Assembly (NCBI GenBank): GCA_964016885.1
Contig: OZ024741.1
Span: forward strand, 115,072,001 to 115,136,000
Source of the DNA: Eledone cirrhosa
Taxonomy: Eukaryota
Direction: 5' to 3'
DNA length: 64,000 nt
The number at the start of each line of letters is the position of its first letter. The stretch's first letter is position 1. A program made the translations under genes and the position numbers. Under the pieces are notes generated by a model, which was not told the origin of the DNA, did no database searches, and was given only the letters and a program-made list of their open reading frames with translations. Below are positions 12,506-26,611 of this stretch, one piece after another.

Positions 12506-14943
12506 TTTTTCCGATTAATGATTATTTATTTAATTCATGGAGCCACATCGTTGAAGGTAAGATACACGCATATATGTATCTATGCTTATGTTTAAATATA
12601 TATGTGTTTCCACTGACATTGTTTATATATACATATATATTGGTATGTATATATGTACATGCGACGGGTTTAATCACAGTGTCCGCCTACCAAATGTCAC
12701 TCACAAGCCAAGGATCAACCCGCTGCTCTAGTACAAGAGTGAGTTAAAAAGGTTTCATGTCTGCCCATTTTAAGAAGTGGTGGACGTAAATAAAATAATT
12801 AGAAACTGTCCTTCACTCTTCAAGCGCCGGCCGCTTCCTATTATTTTTACGATTCTCTCTGCAGGTTTTCTTAGTACTGAGTTATTACGTTACTACTAGT
12901 CTACATATTTGGAGAATAGATGGTTTGTCTTGTGTAGTAACATTTGTATGTTATCTTCGGTTCCATTTTACTGCGTGATATCTTGGGCAACTGTCTTTAC
13001 CATGGCCCTGTGTCACACACTGTGTAGCAGCCCGTGGTGTAGATTTTATTGGTAATTTAAAGGTTCAACCATGTCACATATTGTGTCACGCTGATTTGGT
13101 TTGAAAAATGCGTTAAGTGTTCACTTGCCTGTAGAATACTCAATCACTTCCGCCTTAATTCCCGAGCCGGACGTTCAATTGGCCAGGAAAGTGAATCTTT
13201 ATTATCAAAATTGGTTGGGGATCTATTAACATAATTCGTCTATAGGTTTATATAAGTGACGCCAACGAATTTATTGAATCCCCGATGTTAATTGATGACA
13301 TCTGTATTTAGTTGAGAAAGTTGTAATATATAATAAGGTTTCGGTCTTCCAGAAGAATTGAGGATTCATATTTAGTCATGCGCATTCCATTGCTTCCAAC
13401 CCTATATTACAAATCTTTCCATCTCGCTGCTTGAAAATGGCTAAACGAAAATCTTTCTGCTCTTGTAATTGTGCTTAAATCAATTTTATCACAACGTATA
13501 AATGAAATATTTCTTTACAAATGACATGGTGTGAAAGGAATTTACTCGGTTATTACTTCCCATAGTAAGAAACAATACATCATGGATATTATGTAATAAG
13601 ATATATCAGATGACGACAAAACGGCTTGTGATTATATAAGATCAATTGTGCAGTTAATCAAACACGGTAACAGCTGGTTGATCGTAAATTTATCTTTAAA
13701 AACATGACCATTCTTTTGAAAAAACTTTCTTATATAAGTATGTATAATATAAGTTCTTACAAGAGATTTACAATAAATGCAGCTGTAAAATACACTATTT
13801 TGTTGGATGAGCTTAACTCTGAATTGCATCACTACATCATAAATTCAGTATTATTTGGAAAAATTCTTACTTTAAAATATAATGAAAGTTTAAGACGACA
13901 CGGAGTGATGCAGGCGTTTTAAAGTCCATATGAAAAGAGAATCTAGCATTTCATGTCTGTATGAAAGAAAATTTCATACAAAACAAATATTACAGCTTAT
14001 GAAATTATCAAAACCATGGCTACGAAAGAAATAATATCCCAACAAATTAGAAAAGATACATTTGAAAGCACAATTCTATCAATCTCTCGCCGACGTTTCA
14101 TTGGAACAACCCCAGCAACTTTGAACTCACAAAACGTGTATAACATATATTAAATTTTAATAGATTTATATTGCTTCTTCGACTGTCGTTGTTTCTTCGG
14201 TGTATCACCATTTACTCTGCAATGAATATTCCATAATGATTTTATTTCCAGAACTACATCTCCCTCTCACCTCCACTTCACCAAGCAGAGGTGTAGCTAC
14301 ATAGGTTGAAACTGAACATAGCCTCAATCGTCTGTATTGACGTAAAACCTTCATATGTAGTACGCGTTCTATTCAGGTGGAATCAAGGAACGTTTCCATT
14401 GTTAATACCACCTGCCAGTTGTACCTCCTGGCAGAAAGAGTCGGGAACAATTCCTCCAAACAGCCAACCATATAAATATACAGTATTCATTGACTCCAAA
14501 AGAATTGAAAAATAAAGTTGATTTGGGTGGTATTTGAATTCAGAGCGCTGAGACAAAAAATCAGAAGCATTAATAAATCAGGTTTTAACAACAATGAATT
14601 AGCCACAACTAAAAACATACTTTTGATCAGTTAAAATAATTTGAAGACGAATGATATATTTTATGAATTTGTGAAGGCTTCTAGATATATTTTGTGTTGT
14701 AAGTCAGAACACGTTGAAGATATAGTAATAATATATATAAATATATATCATTCAAAATAAAACTTTAATACGATATATACTTCACTAACCACATCATATA
14801 CTTAATATATTTCCTGCTGTCTCTCAACAGCTATTGGGACCAATCTAAACAAAAATCAAACAAAACCAACAATAATAATAATGATAAAAAAACATCACCA
14901 ACAACAACAACAACAATAATAATAATAATAATAATAATAATAA

Positions 14944-15053
14944 TTGTTTCTACTTTAGGCACAAGGCCAGCAATTACCCAGTGCATTACTGGTACTTTAT
15001 TTTATCGACCCTGTAAGGATGAAAGGCAAAGTCAACCTCGGCGGGATTTGAAC
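14944..15053 (-). mobile_element. CORE-type SINE, 3' part
   Basis: Matches the 57922-58108 SINE; stops at GATTTGAAC next to the LINE tail. Confidence 0.85.
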
Positions 15054-15072
15054 AATAATAATAATAATAATA

Positions 15073-18000
15073 ATGCTTTCTTTATTAACCACAAGGCTTT
15101 ACACAAAGTAGACATTAAGGAGAGTACAGGACAATACAGGACGGTACAAAAGAGCATTTCTGCGTGTAAACAAAACAAAAAACAGTGGATGTAATAATAG
15201 AACAATGAAAAAATTCCCCAATAGGGGAGAGACCTCCGAGGGACATTCGTGGAGAAAGCCCATTAAAAAGCCACAGTGACCCAGACCACCAGGGCAAGTG
15301 CCCTCTCCCAGTTTTCCACCTTTAATTTACAGACACATACTCAGAGTAGGCCCATTCACTCGGGCCATACTTGCTTCTCTCAGCCATCTTTCAACAAAAT
15401 GCTGGGAAGAGAGCACTTCCCCTTCTACACTGATTTTCCTTTTCAAATGAAATTTGAAAAAGGTAATCAGGGCATCACCGAAGAGGTAAATGCTCGTATT
15501 CAGCCCTTTCAAACGTGACCACCATACTATCTCTTTCGCCATGGCCACCAGACAGATAAAAACTGCCTGCCCTTCCCGGCTAAAGGAAGAGGGCGGGGCA
15601 ATCCTCACGATGGACTCAGCTGATAGCTGGATCCGTCCTACACGCGACAGCAGGTGTTCGACATAAATCCACAAGTCAGCAATGCTCGGACACTGGACGA
15701 GTGCGTGCAGGACGGTTTCGTCGCCCTGCACGCATCTCGGACATGCCCGGCTGACGGCACCTCCATGCATGTAGAGTTTATCCCGAACTGGCAAAGCTAC
15801 TCGGTAGCACTGCCAGGCCAGGGATTTCTGGAAGTTGTCCATAGGCCCCGGCCCGAAAGTTCTTCCGCAGAGATTGGCTAGTTGATTTTCATCGACGCCT
15901 AGAGTTTCCTCAAGTACGTCGTCGCTCTTCCCCTCCACTAATCCTCTATAGAACGCCAAGGTGGAGTTTCCACCGATCACATTGCCCGATTGGTCGAGGG
16001 CTGTGAGCGCCTGAAGACATTCCAGTCTCCAAGCGCTCCCTCTCGGTCTTCGCTTGACCCAGGACTGCAGCTCCGTCAATGAGACGAGCTGGGGAAAGAC
16101 GCGTCTAGCCACGGCGACCACACCAGATCACCGTCGAGGAAGAGGTGGAGATGTCGTAGCCTGAGCGCGTGGCTCCGGATCATCAGTAACGGCATTCACA
16201 GCCCTCCACGTAGCGGGTGTTGACAGCAGATGGACCCCCTGACCATCGGAGCGCGTCCCTTCCACAAAAAGCGAAAGAGCAAACGCTCCAGTGCAGTCAG
16301 GCGAGGCTTAGGACAAGGCACGACGGTCAGGCGGTAGTAGAAGACGCACGCAATGTACGCATTCGCCACCTCCGCTCGACCTTTCAGAGATAGCTTCCTC
16401 TCCGCCCATTTCTGGGTGAGAGAACCACCCTGATCGTTAGGGTCCGGACCAAACCAAACCCCGAGCAATTTAACCGGTGTGTCCGTCCAGCGCCCGACGA
16501 CGCTGTTGGACGGCATGGACCTGCCTCTTCAGGTGCCGAGCTGCAGGCCCACTGACATTTCCTGGTTGATCATTACTCCGGTCACCGCTTCGTATTCTCT
16601 TAGTGTAGTACCGATCGCTTCGATGTGATTGGCGTTCGACACTACTACGGTGACATCGTCCGCATATGCCGACACGGATCTTCCGCATCCTAGTTCGCGC
16701 GGGACCCCTCTCAACGTCTCCAACTTGTGCAGTAACAGCTCGTGTGTCAATACGTACAAGAGGGACGAGAGGGGACATCCTTGGCGGACCGAGCGCATGA
16801 TGTTGAACGGTTCCGAAAGGTGACCGTTCACTCTCACCACAGAGCACATGTCGTTGTGCATGGCAGCGATCCAGCCTCTGATTGACGGGCCCAAAGCCAG
16901 CCGCCCTCAGGACTGCCGCCAGATAACGATGGTCGACCCTATCGAAAGCTTTCGACTGATCTAAATTGATCAAAGACCCACCCGTGCCAGGTTCCCTAGC
17001 TACCCTCTCCACCATGTATCGCATGAGGTGGAGATCGTCGTGAATGGATCGGTTTGGAATAGCGCATGTCTGCGCCTCTCCCACCAGACCACCAACGACA
17101 AGGGCCAACCTCTTTGCTAGCACCGTGGCCAAAATCTTGAACTCTGTGTTTAGAAGCGTTATTAGCCTGAAATTATCTATGTTATCCCCCTTATTCGGAT
17201 CATTTCTCACCAGTGCCACCGCTTCTTGGATCACAGAGCTGGGGATTTACCCGTTCTGTTGCCAGCTGCAGTAGACGTCCGCCAAGAGGTCTCCAAACAA
17301 ATCTGGCATGTGTACGTAAAGTTCATAGGGCAGACATCCAAACCAGGCGATTTACCCCTTGTGCAGCTAGTCATTGCCTCCCCTACTTCAGCGGCAGCTA
17401 TTGGCTTTTCGCAACACTCCTCCTCAGTGGCCGAGAGCCCCGACAGTCCATCGAAGTAGGCACTAAAGTCCATCCCGCGATCTGGTCCGCCGCTTCCCCC
17501 GAACAGCTGAGCGAAGTGTCACTGAAAAGCTTCATACATTTGCCCGGCATCGAGTAGCATGCGCCCGTCGTGGTCCGCCAAATACCGGATCGTGGCTTTG
17601 TTGCCACGACGCGCCTCCGCCACTTGGGCCCATTGAATAGCTTTCGTCCCTTCGTGTCTGAGAGCACGCACCCTAGCTCTGACAACGCAGCCTTCGTGCT
17701 TTGCATTGAAGAAGGCCAATTTCGTCGCAAGCACGTCGGTAGCTATGCCTTTACTAAGCGCCTCGTCTAATTTTCTAACTAGTTCTCCCTGTGCTCTATT
17801 TTTCTCTATTGCTAAAGCCTTACTAAACCTAATGGACTCTATTCTAATCGCTCTTTTCAGAGCAAACCACCATTTGTTGTTGACGATAGGCCCCGTCAAC
17901 GTCCGCGTAACTAGTTCGCTAATCTGGTCTATGTAGGCCTTGCGTGCTGTTAACGACCCGTTTAGTTTCAAGTAGCCGGGTCCCTGTCTAAGTCAACCTC

Positions 18001-19155
18001 ACAGATCACGAATTTGTGGTCCGTGTTGACTATATTGTAATGTGGACAGCCTATGCTAGACCTATCTATTTCCCTACAAAATACCCTATCTAGATATGAT
18101 CTGGATGACCCGATGCAGTTTGTGCATGTCCACATTGGCACATTCGGGAAATCCAGACGGTACCTGTCATACATTGAAACCGTCTGAGCAGGTTTGCGAG
18201 GCTTTTGCATAGCCGATGCTCCATGGTATTATATGGGGTGGGATGGGGGGAGACTGACTCTGTAACCATATTTTTTATCATTCGCTTGGCTTCATTCAAT
18301 TCTTCCTGGCTTACCTCAACCGTTTCATTTTTGTTTAACACTTTAGCAAACGACACATTTGGTTTTGCGCTGGTGTTGTTGTTGTTGTTGTTATTCTTAT
18401 TGTTGCTGTTGTTGCTGTTGTTGTTATTGTTTTTTTGTTATTATTATTTTTAGTTTCAGTTGTGGTGGTGGTGGTGTCAGTGGCGTTCGGCGTGGAAGAG
18501 TCGATTTTCGGAGAATCCATTTCGATATCACGAGAAAATAATTTATTTTTTGTTTCAGTTGTTGCTGTGGTGGTTGTAGTGGTGGTGGTATCAATGGTGT
18601 TGGTTGTTATTTTTGGCATTGTGGTGGTGGGGATGGCGGCTTTAACACCTGTAGACATTGGTAATGGCGGGAAATTCATGCCTGTATGTGACAAATCTAA
18701 ATAATTGCCATTGCTATGACTCATATTTTCAGTGTTGGTATTGTTTCTGTTGTCTGTATTTTGGTTGTCGCTGTTATTGTTGAAGTTGGTGTGGTAATGT
18801 TTTTAAAATGAGTGTTCTCAGTGTTGTTGTCTTTGTTCACGTTGTTTGTCGTGGTGTTTGTTGTATGAATTTCTGTAACTCTCCTCCCAACCTTTACGCC
18901 GTTGTCACACACACGACAGCAGACATATTGCTGGGGGGCGTGACACAGCCATCTTTTCTTTATTTTTAAAAGTAAAATGTTCAAATATTAATAAAATATT
19001 TGGGCCAAAAGAACAAAATATTATACTTTACCCTTCACAGGGCAAAGTCCAAGGGCTTATATCCATTACAGAACAAAAAAATTAAACAACAAATAATTAT
19101 AACAGGTAAATAAAGCGACTTACTGGGAGCAAACAAAAAGACATCCGAACAGACC
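15073..19155 (-). mobile_element. L1/Tx1-like non-LTR retrotransposon, frameshifted and internally deleted
   Basis: Partial APE (SSRSYLDRVF), RT (KSPGLD, FRLITLLNTEFKILA, LDQSKAFDRVDH, SVRQGCPLS, AYADDV), C-terminal CPRC..ETVLHALVQCP; T/N-rich ORF1 remnants at 18200-19000; (AAT)n at the 3' end. Confidence 0.92.
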
Positions 19156-19164
19156 AATAATAAT

Positions 19165-19325
19165 TATTTCTTATATAGGCACAAGGCCAGTAATTTGGGG
19201 GAGGGGGAAGTCGATTAAATCGACCCCAGTAAAGTTAACCTCGGCGGGATTTGAACTCAGATCATAAAGGTCCGTAACTCTATGCTACAAAGGATGTTGT
19301 CCGACGCTCTACTGATACTGCCAAT
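19165..19325 (-). mobile_element. CORE-type SINE (internally deleted)
   Basis: B box GAGTTCAAATCC and family tail GGCCTTGTGCC on the minus strand. Confidence 0.8.
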
Positions 19326-19376
19326 ATATACACATAGATACAAATACCCACATACGCAAACACACGCAAACATACA

Positions 19377-19488
<112 letters not shown>

Positions 19489-19660
19489 ATTAGTATATTT
19501 ACCAACATATGCGTACAGATGTACACTAATGCTAGCAAATACATAAGTTATGTCATAGTACCTAGGTGGTTCAATGCAGGAGGATGCAGAACAATTATAT
19601 GAAAGACGTAAAATAAGAAAATTTTAAAAATTAAAAATCAACTTACTTACTAAAATTTTC

Positions 19661-19742
19661 ACTCCAACTAATTAGTTTCTGTAATGGGAAAAAGATAGTT
19701 ACGCAATGTAACCATCGAGAATTCATTACGTCATCAGGGAGT
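19661..19742 (-). ncRNA. Type I hammerhead ribozyme with extended stem II
   Basis: ACTCC-CTGATGA-cGTAATG..GATGGTTAC attgc GTAACTATC..CATTACa-GAAA-CTAATTAG-TT-GGAGT. Confidence 0.82.
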
Positions 19743-20039
19743 CTATTCTCAGCTAAGTCTCCAGGCAATGCGCGGACACTAGGGACTCATATAAAAATAA
19801 TAATTCGGTGGATGGAACAGCTAGCGGGGACTGAATTCCATAGCAATGAAAAGGTTCACTGTCTCTGGTCAAATGGCAGATTCTAAAGAATCAATCACGT
19901 GACACTGAGGCCAGTCAGAAGGAGTGGGATGGTATAATGACAAAAGCCTACTACCACTACAATGAATTAGTAGTGGATTTGGCAAGTTTAATCAACAAAT
20001 AAATAATTTGGAGATAAATATAGAGAATTAGTATATTTA

Positions 20040-20114
<75 letters not shown>

Positions 20115-20201
20115 TGTTTCAAGGAACTTCGAATGAAGCCCTTTCTATATTAAACATTATATATATATATATGTAATCTGAGTTTTTCGAATATTAATAA
20201 T

Positions 20202-20389
20202 TGTTTCTACATTTGGCACAAGGCCAGGAATTATCCGAGTGCATTACTGGTACTTTATTTGATCGACCCGGGAAGGATGAAAAGCAAAGTTAACCTCGGC
20301 AGTATTTGAACTCAGACCATAAAAGGCCGTAACTCTTTGCTGCAAAGCCTGGCGTCCGACTCTCTACCGATACTGCCAATCCACCAGCC
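20202..20389 (-). mobile_element. Full-length CORE-type SINE with 17-bp TSD
   Basis: TTTCGAATATTAATAAT at 20185-20201 and 20390-20406; inserted into the 406-bp HHR element. Confidence 0.9.
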
Positions 20390-20509
20390 TTTCGAATATT
20401 AATAATAACATTCGATTCGTTTGCAATTATGCAAACAAGCCTGAATTCTATAGCCATGTCAGGAGAATGAACACTTCATTCTTGCTCTTGCGTTGGCATG
20501 CGAACAGAA

Positions 20510-20553
20510 CTGCAGACAATAATGTTTCTGTGTATCACCCTTCATCAGTACAG
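20510..20553 (-). ncRNA. Type I hammerhead ribozyme in a 406-bp repeat element (about 20172-20964)
   Basis: CTGTA-CTGATGA-agg GTG ata CAC a-GAAA-CA ttat TG-TC-TGCAG; GUC site; stem II is weak. Confidence 0.75.
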
Positions 20554-21089
20554 CTCACTGTTCACCTGCCAAACTGTCAGAGCTAGTGAAAGTATATGCT
20601 ATTTTCAAAAATACACAATAACTGATCGACCTGATCTGCATATTAGCAGATCCACTGATCAGCCAGATTTGCATATAAGCAGATTGGCCAGTCAGTTTCC
20701 TGTATATGAGCGATAAATGGCCAGCTTTGCCAAATTCAAATAAAAAAAGAAAATTTCGCTCTACATGGCTGAATACAATAAATGTAATCTGAGTTTTTCG
20801 AATATTAATAATAATATTCGATTCGTTTGCAATTATGCAAACAAGCCTCAATTTTATAGCCATGTCAGTAGAATGAACACTTCATTCTTGCCCTTGTGTT
20901 GGCATGCGAACAGAACTGCAGTTCAGATTACATTTATTGTATTCAGCCATGTAGAGCGAAATTTGTTTTGGTGTTCGTACTATTTGTATAACTTCCAATA
21001 TATGTAAATCCCAACTCTATCATATCTGTGGATATGATAGAGTTGGATATGATATTATTTTAGGTATCCAGACAAACGTACATCAGAAA

Positions 21090-21440
21090 AGGTGTCAGAC
21101 AATACACAAAGCAACCATACTCTGACATAAGCCACTATACATAGATGTGAAGATGAAAACCAACCGATCATATATTACAGTAACAAACCACAAAGAAAAA
21201 TATTTGTTTCTACTTTTGGCACAAGGCCAGCAATTATCCAGTGCATTACTGGTACAAAGAAAAACAATGTCTTCTAATTGATGTCTTCTAATCATCAGAT
21301 GTCTTCTAATCATCACATACGGCAATATATCTATGAAGGAAATAGAGGAATTATCCAAATATAAAGATCTGAAGGTAGATATAATCCGAATGTAGATAGA
21401 TGCTGAAAACAGAAACAATCCCGATAATAGTGAAAAATAG
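21090..21440 (+). pseudogene. Non-LTR retrotransposon fragment, restriction-like endonuclease region (R4/Dong-like)
   Basis: KATIL*..KTNRSYITV..KEK..CLLI..KEIEELSKYKDL..LKTETIPIIV; interrupted by a SINE fragment flanked by ACAAAGAAAAA. Confidence 0.65.
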
Positions 21441-22186
21441 AGACCCATACCCTATGGCGTTTGTGTATGTTGGCTGGTTTGATTTCAGGATTATGATTTG
21501 CGTTTCCTTCAGTTTGTGGACAGCATGGATTTGGTTTAGATCTGTTGACATTTCAATTAAGGCAATTGTCGGTCTTAGCTATATACATCTACACACACAC
21601 ACACAAACACACACGCACACACACACTCACACACACACAAACACACACATATATATATATTAATAATAATAGTATTTATACTCCTATATATAATCTATAT
21701 ATAATTATAAAAACGAAAGTATACTAATTAAATGTGATGATTGAAGATAAAAACTATAATGCTTCAACAATGCAAACATTATATTATTTTTATAACAGGG
21801 GTAAATTTTTGAAGCGTTTACACAAACAACATTCAAAGTTTAAAGTATTAGCAAAAATGTTTTCATGGAAAACAGGAAGTGGAGTTATACAGGCTTTACA
21901 GTGCAAACGCACAGGGTGTCATGGCACAAAAAGAATTCACTAATAATGTATTTAAAGAATATAAAAGCAGTAGATTGGCAAAACTGTAAAAGCATGTCAC
22001 AAATGATTCGCAGTATTCTTTCGACTCTTTACGTTCTAAATTCTAATATTATTAATGTTAACTTTGCCGTTCATCTCTTCAAGATCGATAATATAAAGTA
22101 ATACTAAAGCACAGGAGTTGGTGTAATGACTTCCCCTCTCCATTTTGATGGCTTTATGGCAAAATTAAAAACCAATATATTTAAGG

Positions 22187-22217
<31 letters not shown>

Positions 22218-23226
22218 TTCTAGAGATTGCGGGGTAGTGAATTGCTATGGTCACCTTTTGTTAGATGCCTTTTCTTTGCAAAAGCTTCTTCCCTTGATGG
22301 TGCTTCAGTCGTGAATGAAGAAAATATCAAAGCTATGTGGCCTGGTATCTTGAATATTGATAGGCGCTCACATCTCTCTACCAGCTAGGCATGGGGATTG
22401 ATGGATCTGAGCTACACGGAGGCCATATCTATTTACAACCCCTCACTGATATATTCCATGTAATGGATGTTTCGTCGATAGATTTGTTGGATATAGCGCA
22501 AACACCTAAGCTACTGACGATAAATGTCAGTCTTTGGGTGAGCAACACTACCAAAGTATTCAATTCTGTGTTTAGAATGCCCGCTTTCCCAGTGACACAG
22601 GCATTTTTATTATTATATATCATTGTGTTTGCAAAGGGCAGAAAAATGATATTAATTTTTTCCCCATTTGCAAAGATGGCACTTTTGCTGGACAAGGTAT
22701 AGTTGACTCAATCAACACCTCTGCATCACCCAACAAAAAGTTGTCAACGCCGAAATTGGAACACAACTTCACCACCATGCCTGCTTCTATATCTTATCTA
22801 CAGGGGAATATATCATTTACCATATTTGCTCGGTAAAATGAGAAGATGGGAATAGAAACGTGTATGATTGCGTTTGATCTATCCTGAACCAGGAAAAATA
22901 AAAGGAAACCAGAAAGTTAATACATGAAACAAATGGTGAAAATGACAATATTAGCTTAGAATTCCACCAATGTATGGTTTGCCTTGCATATTCTAGTTGC
23001 TACTGCCAAATAAGTGTCAAATATATATTAGATGTAGCCAGTTCTAGTTTAGACTATTATTTTGTCATAAATATGGTTATCTATTCCAATAAAGAAGATA
23101 AGGTAAATAAATAATTGGGATTTTCTTTTTCGATTAACACTCTTGCGTTTACGTTGACAGCTTTCATATCATTTTATGTTTGTAACTACATACTGTATTA
23201 AACTATAAACTAAGAGTTGCATAGCT

Positions 23227-23262
<36 letters not shown>

Positions 23263-24575
23263 GTATATATTTATATTTGTATATATATATATATATATGC
23301 TGGCATTAGCGTACATCTGTGCGCTTATGTTAGTAGATATATTAAATTATCTATCTATATATATATATATATATATTGTTCATTTACTACATATATATGG
23401 ATGTATCATGGAGACTTTGAACGTTCAATATTTCCTTTTATCATCATCTAACATATAAAGTTTAGCATTATGCATCAAAGAAAATATTACACGATTGAAA
23501 CGAGATTGATAGCGTATCTACATAGTTTCGCTAGATGGGTAATGGTATAGATGGTCGTGCTAAATCACAGCAAGTTGATACAGGCAAATAGTTTCCATTT
23601 CCGATTGAAATCAATTATGTGTATTTTCTCTGCTAACTCTTTGAAAAGGTTACACAATTGACGTTCCTTTTCTCTCGAAATTACAGAACATTTGTGTTTG
23701 ATATATGTATGTAAGGAACTGTAAATCCTGATGGAGTTGAAGAGAACTTTTTAAACCTGGCGGAGCCTATCCTATATCAGGGTCGGGACTTCAAGAGAAA
23801 GATGACTGTGAGAGAAAGGGCATCAAACAGAGATATAGATGAAGAACTGGCCCAACTACTAGACTGCTACATTTTTATCGACCCAGAAGAATGAAAGGCA
23901 AAGTGTTAATCGATGGTATTTGCGAGCCAGAACGAAGGCTGCAAATCATTCTATCCGATTCACCAAGGGTATGTCTAACATATAGAAACCATTAATATCC
24001 CCCCCCCACACACACACTTATTCAAACTGACAGTGTTTGACTTCCACATTCGATGCTCTGGGACTTGTTAAATATTATCATCTGGTCGAGCTTTCTCGGA
24101 TTTCAAATCATCCGGTCGCCAGTTCTATCGATGAAAGCAGCAATACACTTCGGGAACTTAGTGATCCTAGCAACTGCCTGTGTAACATCCTGCAAATCCC
24201 TCTGGATTTAAGTTTTCGATATTCTAAGCTCTTTTGAGCTTTCGAAAATACCCAAATCAATTTCTAGGAGCTAGTCGCCTTTTTCGATGTCAATCCAAAG
24301 GCAAGAGAGATTGCGCTAAGTATAGAAGAATCCCCTTGTTAAGCATTCTCTGTAAAGCCTGTGCTATGTGTGTGGTAAACATATGTAGGGATATTGTCGA
24401 GTCCAACTAAGCTGACGAACAATGTGGACGTAACAGCGGACTAAATATTCATTCAGCAGCAGGTCTTCGAGAAATCGTGGGAGTTTTGTTAAGAGATGTA
24501 TGCTTGTTTAATGGACCTCGTACATCCCTGACAAGATCATGGAGTTTCCCCTGTGTTATGAGATGTAGTCTAGAG

Positions 24576-25914
24576 CTAGCATGTCAAACTGAGGGTCCTC
24601 CAAGGGCCGCATGGATTAGATATGTGTTGTCTGAGGGCCGCACACGACAACTAATTGTGTACATTACAACTAATTAAAGTTATTTAATACAATTTATTAC
24701 AGAAAAATGTGTTACTTAAATTTAGAAACATACAATGTACATACAAATGTTTTAGCAGCATTCATGAATACAAAGTAATGAAATTGTTTGACAAAAAACT
24801 TAAAATTTAAATGGCAATATATACTTGTAGCTTGCAACATCAACAAATACATTGTACAAAAATTACAACAGTTCAAAACTGAACATTTATTTGCTACTAT
24901 TCAACCACTTTTATTGTTTTGTCCGGAGGCTTGACACCTTTTTTTGCTGATAATTTTGTTATGTCTGGCTGAAATGTCTGTACAGTCCGACTTTGATCAG
25001 AGATAAGTACTGATCAGTCAGCCCTGTTTTCAAAGAAGTTTTTGTTAATTTCAAGAAGGAAAATAACTGTTCACATGCATAGGTAGAACGAAACACTGCC
25101 ATAATCTTTGTGGCAAACTTTCTGAAGTTTTTACACTTTTGAGGAAGGTATGAAATGAAACCAGGTATCCACACTTCAACATACTTTGCTCTGAGTGTAG
25201 AATCCGACTGCATTTCCAATAGCGCCATCTGCAGGTTTTCTTCTGCCTTGGCAACATCAAAGGTTTTTGAATAACTATGCTTTCTCTGGACATACAATTT
25301 CAGCTGTTTTTACAAGACGTTGCTTTACAAAATCTCCTTCACTGTAAGATTTCCCACTCATGGTGATCATTCGGCTGAGTTCATAGCTTGCAGTAACGGA
25401 AGCCACATTCTCTTTCCGAATTTTCATAAAACAGGTATGTTGCTGTGTCAAGTTAGCCTTCAATTACTTGAGTCTTGAAACACACATTTGGCCTTCATAT
25501 TTATCGTAAGATCGATTGTTTGTTTCATAATGCCTTTTCAATTTTTACTCTTTTGGCGTTGCGATGCAGTTGTTGCAAATTAAACCGTTGTGCAAAAATA
25601 CTGTAATTCCCACTTATCTTGAAACACTCGTTCTTCTTCGTTCAATTTCCTTTTTCTCTTAGCTGGAGGAGCACTAGCCATTTTAAAAGAAAAAACTTTT
25701 GAAATTTTGAAAGAAAGTTTTCTGTTTACAACTGTTAATGAGCTGCACGGGATTTATCGGAAGTTAAAAGTAGTTGACAAAAATCGTACAACAAAACAAT
25801 CGTATCGAAAATTTTTTAAATTTTATTTTACGAAGCAAAAACATGCTCGCATTGAAAAAACCTTTGTGCGGGCCGTAGGTGTTCTTGCAAAGGGCCGCAT
25901 GTTTGACATGCCTG
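24576..25914 (-). mobile_element. hAT (Buster/SPIN/GTF2IRD2-like) transposon, internally deleted
   Basis: 8-bp TSD GTCTAGAG at 24568-24575 and 25915-25922; TIR C(AG/TA)GCATGTCAAAC; transposase remnants RVFQDKWELQYF, SEGDFVKQ, STYACEQLFS. Confidence 0.92.
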
Positions 25915-26484
25915 GTCTAGAGGAGTGTGTTTCATCAAAATTATATCATTCAGTAGAAAGGTAAAAGTAATATAAAATGCCTCACAGGCATTTCAATAGC
26001 TATCTTAATGAATATTCAATATTAGTTTAAAACGTGTTTGACTAGGAAAATCACCTACATTTCGAGTCACTATATAAACTTGTACAACACAACCACCATC
26101 TATGACTGCTGGAACAATACAGAAGAGCAGTGGGACTGTGAGTGTGGTAAGGAACACTGCGACAAGCACCTTGGAACATACTGTGATACGTATGTCTATA
26201 TTGAAAAGTAGAGCTAAGAAACAATTTAACCATGATATTCATTATCAGCGACATAAAATTAGTTGGAAATTGCTACTCTGGTCGGAGAATCATTTTGGTT
26301 GTTGACCATTGTAAACAGAACAAGTTAGAAAATGTTAGAACCATAAAGAGGTATCCTCCAAGAACTGAGCAACCCTGCATATTTTTCATAAATATACATC
26401 ACAGATATTAAAACTGGTGACGCCTCAATAATGACACAAATCTTGAGTATGTTTGCGAATGTATACACACACACACACATATAA

Positions 26485-26523
<39 letters not shown>

Positions 26524-26565
26524 TATACATATAGAATATGTATATGTATATATATATAGAATATG

Positions 26566-26607
<42 letters not shown>

Positions 26608-26611
<4 letters not shown>

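Noticed and set aside
14080-14125. GAAACGTC hammerhead 3' half on the minus strand
   Set aside because: No CUGANGA-like core or stem I upstream
22230-22800. Coding-like stretch with 88-103-aa ORFs
   Set aside because: No motif I can recognise on either strand
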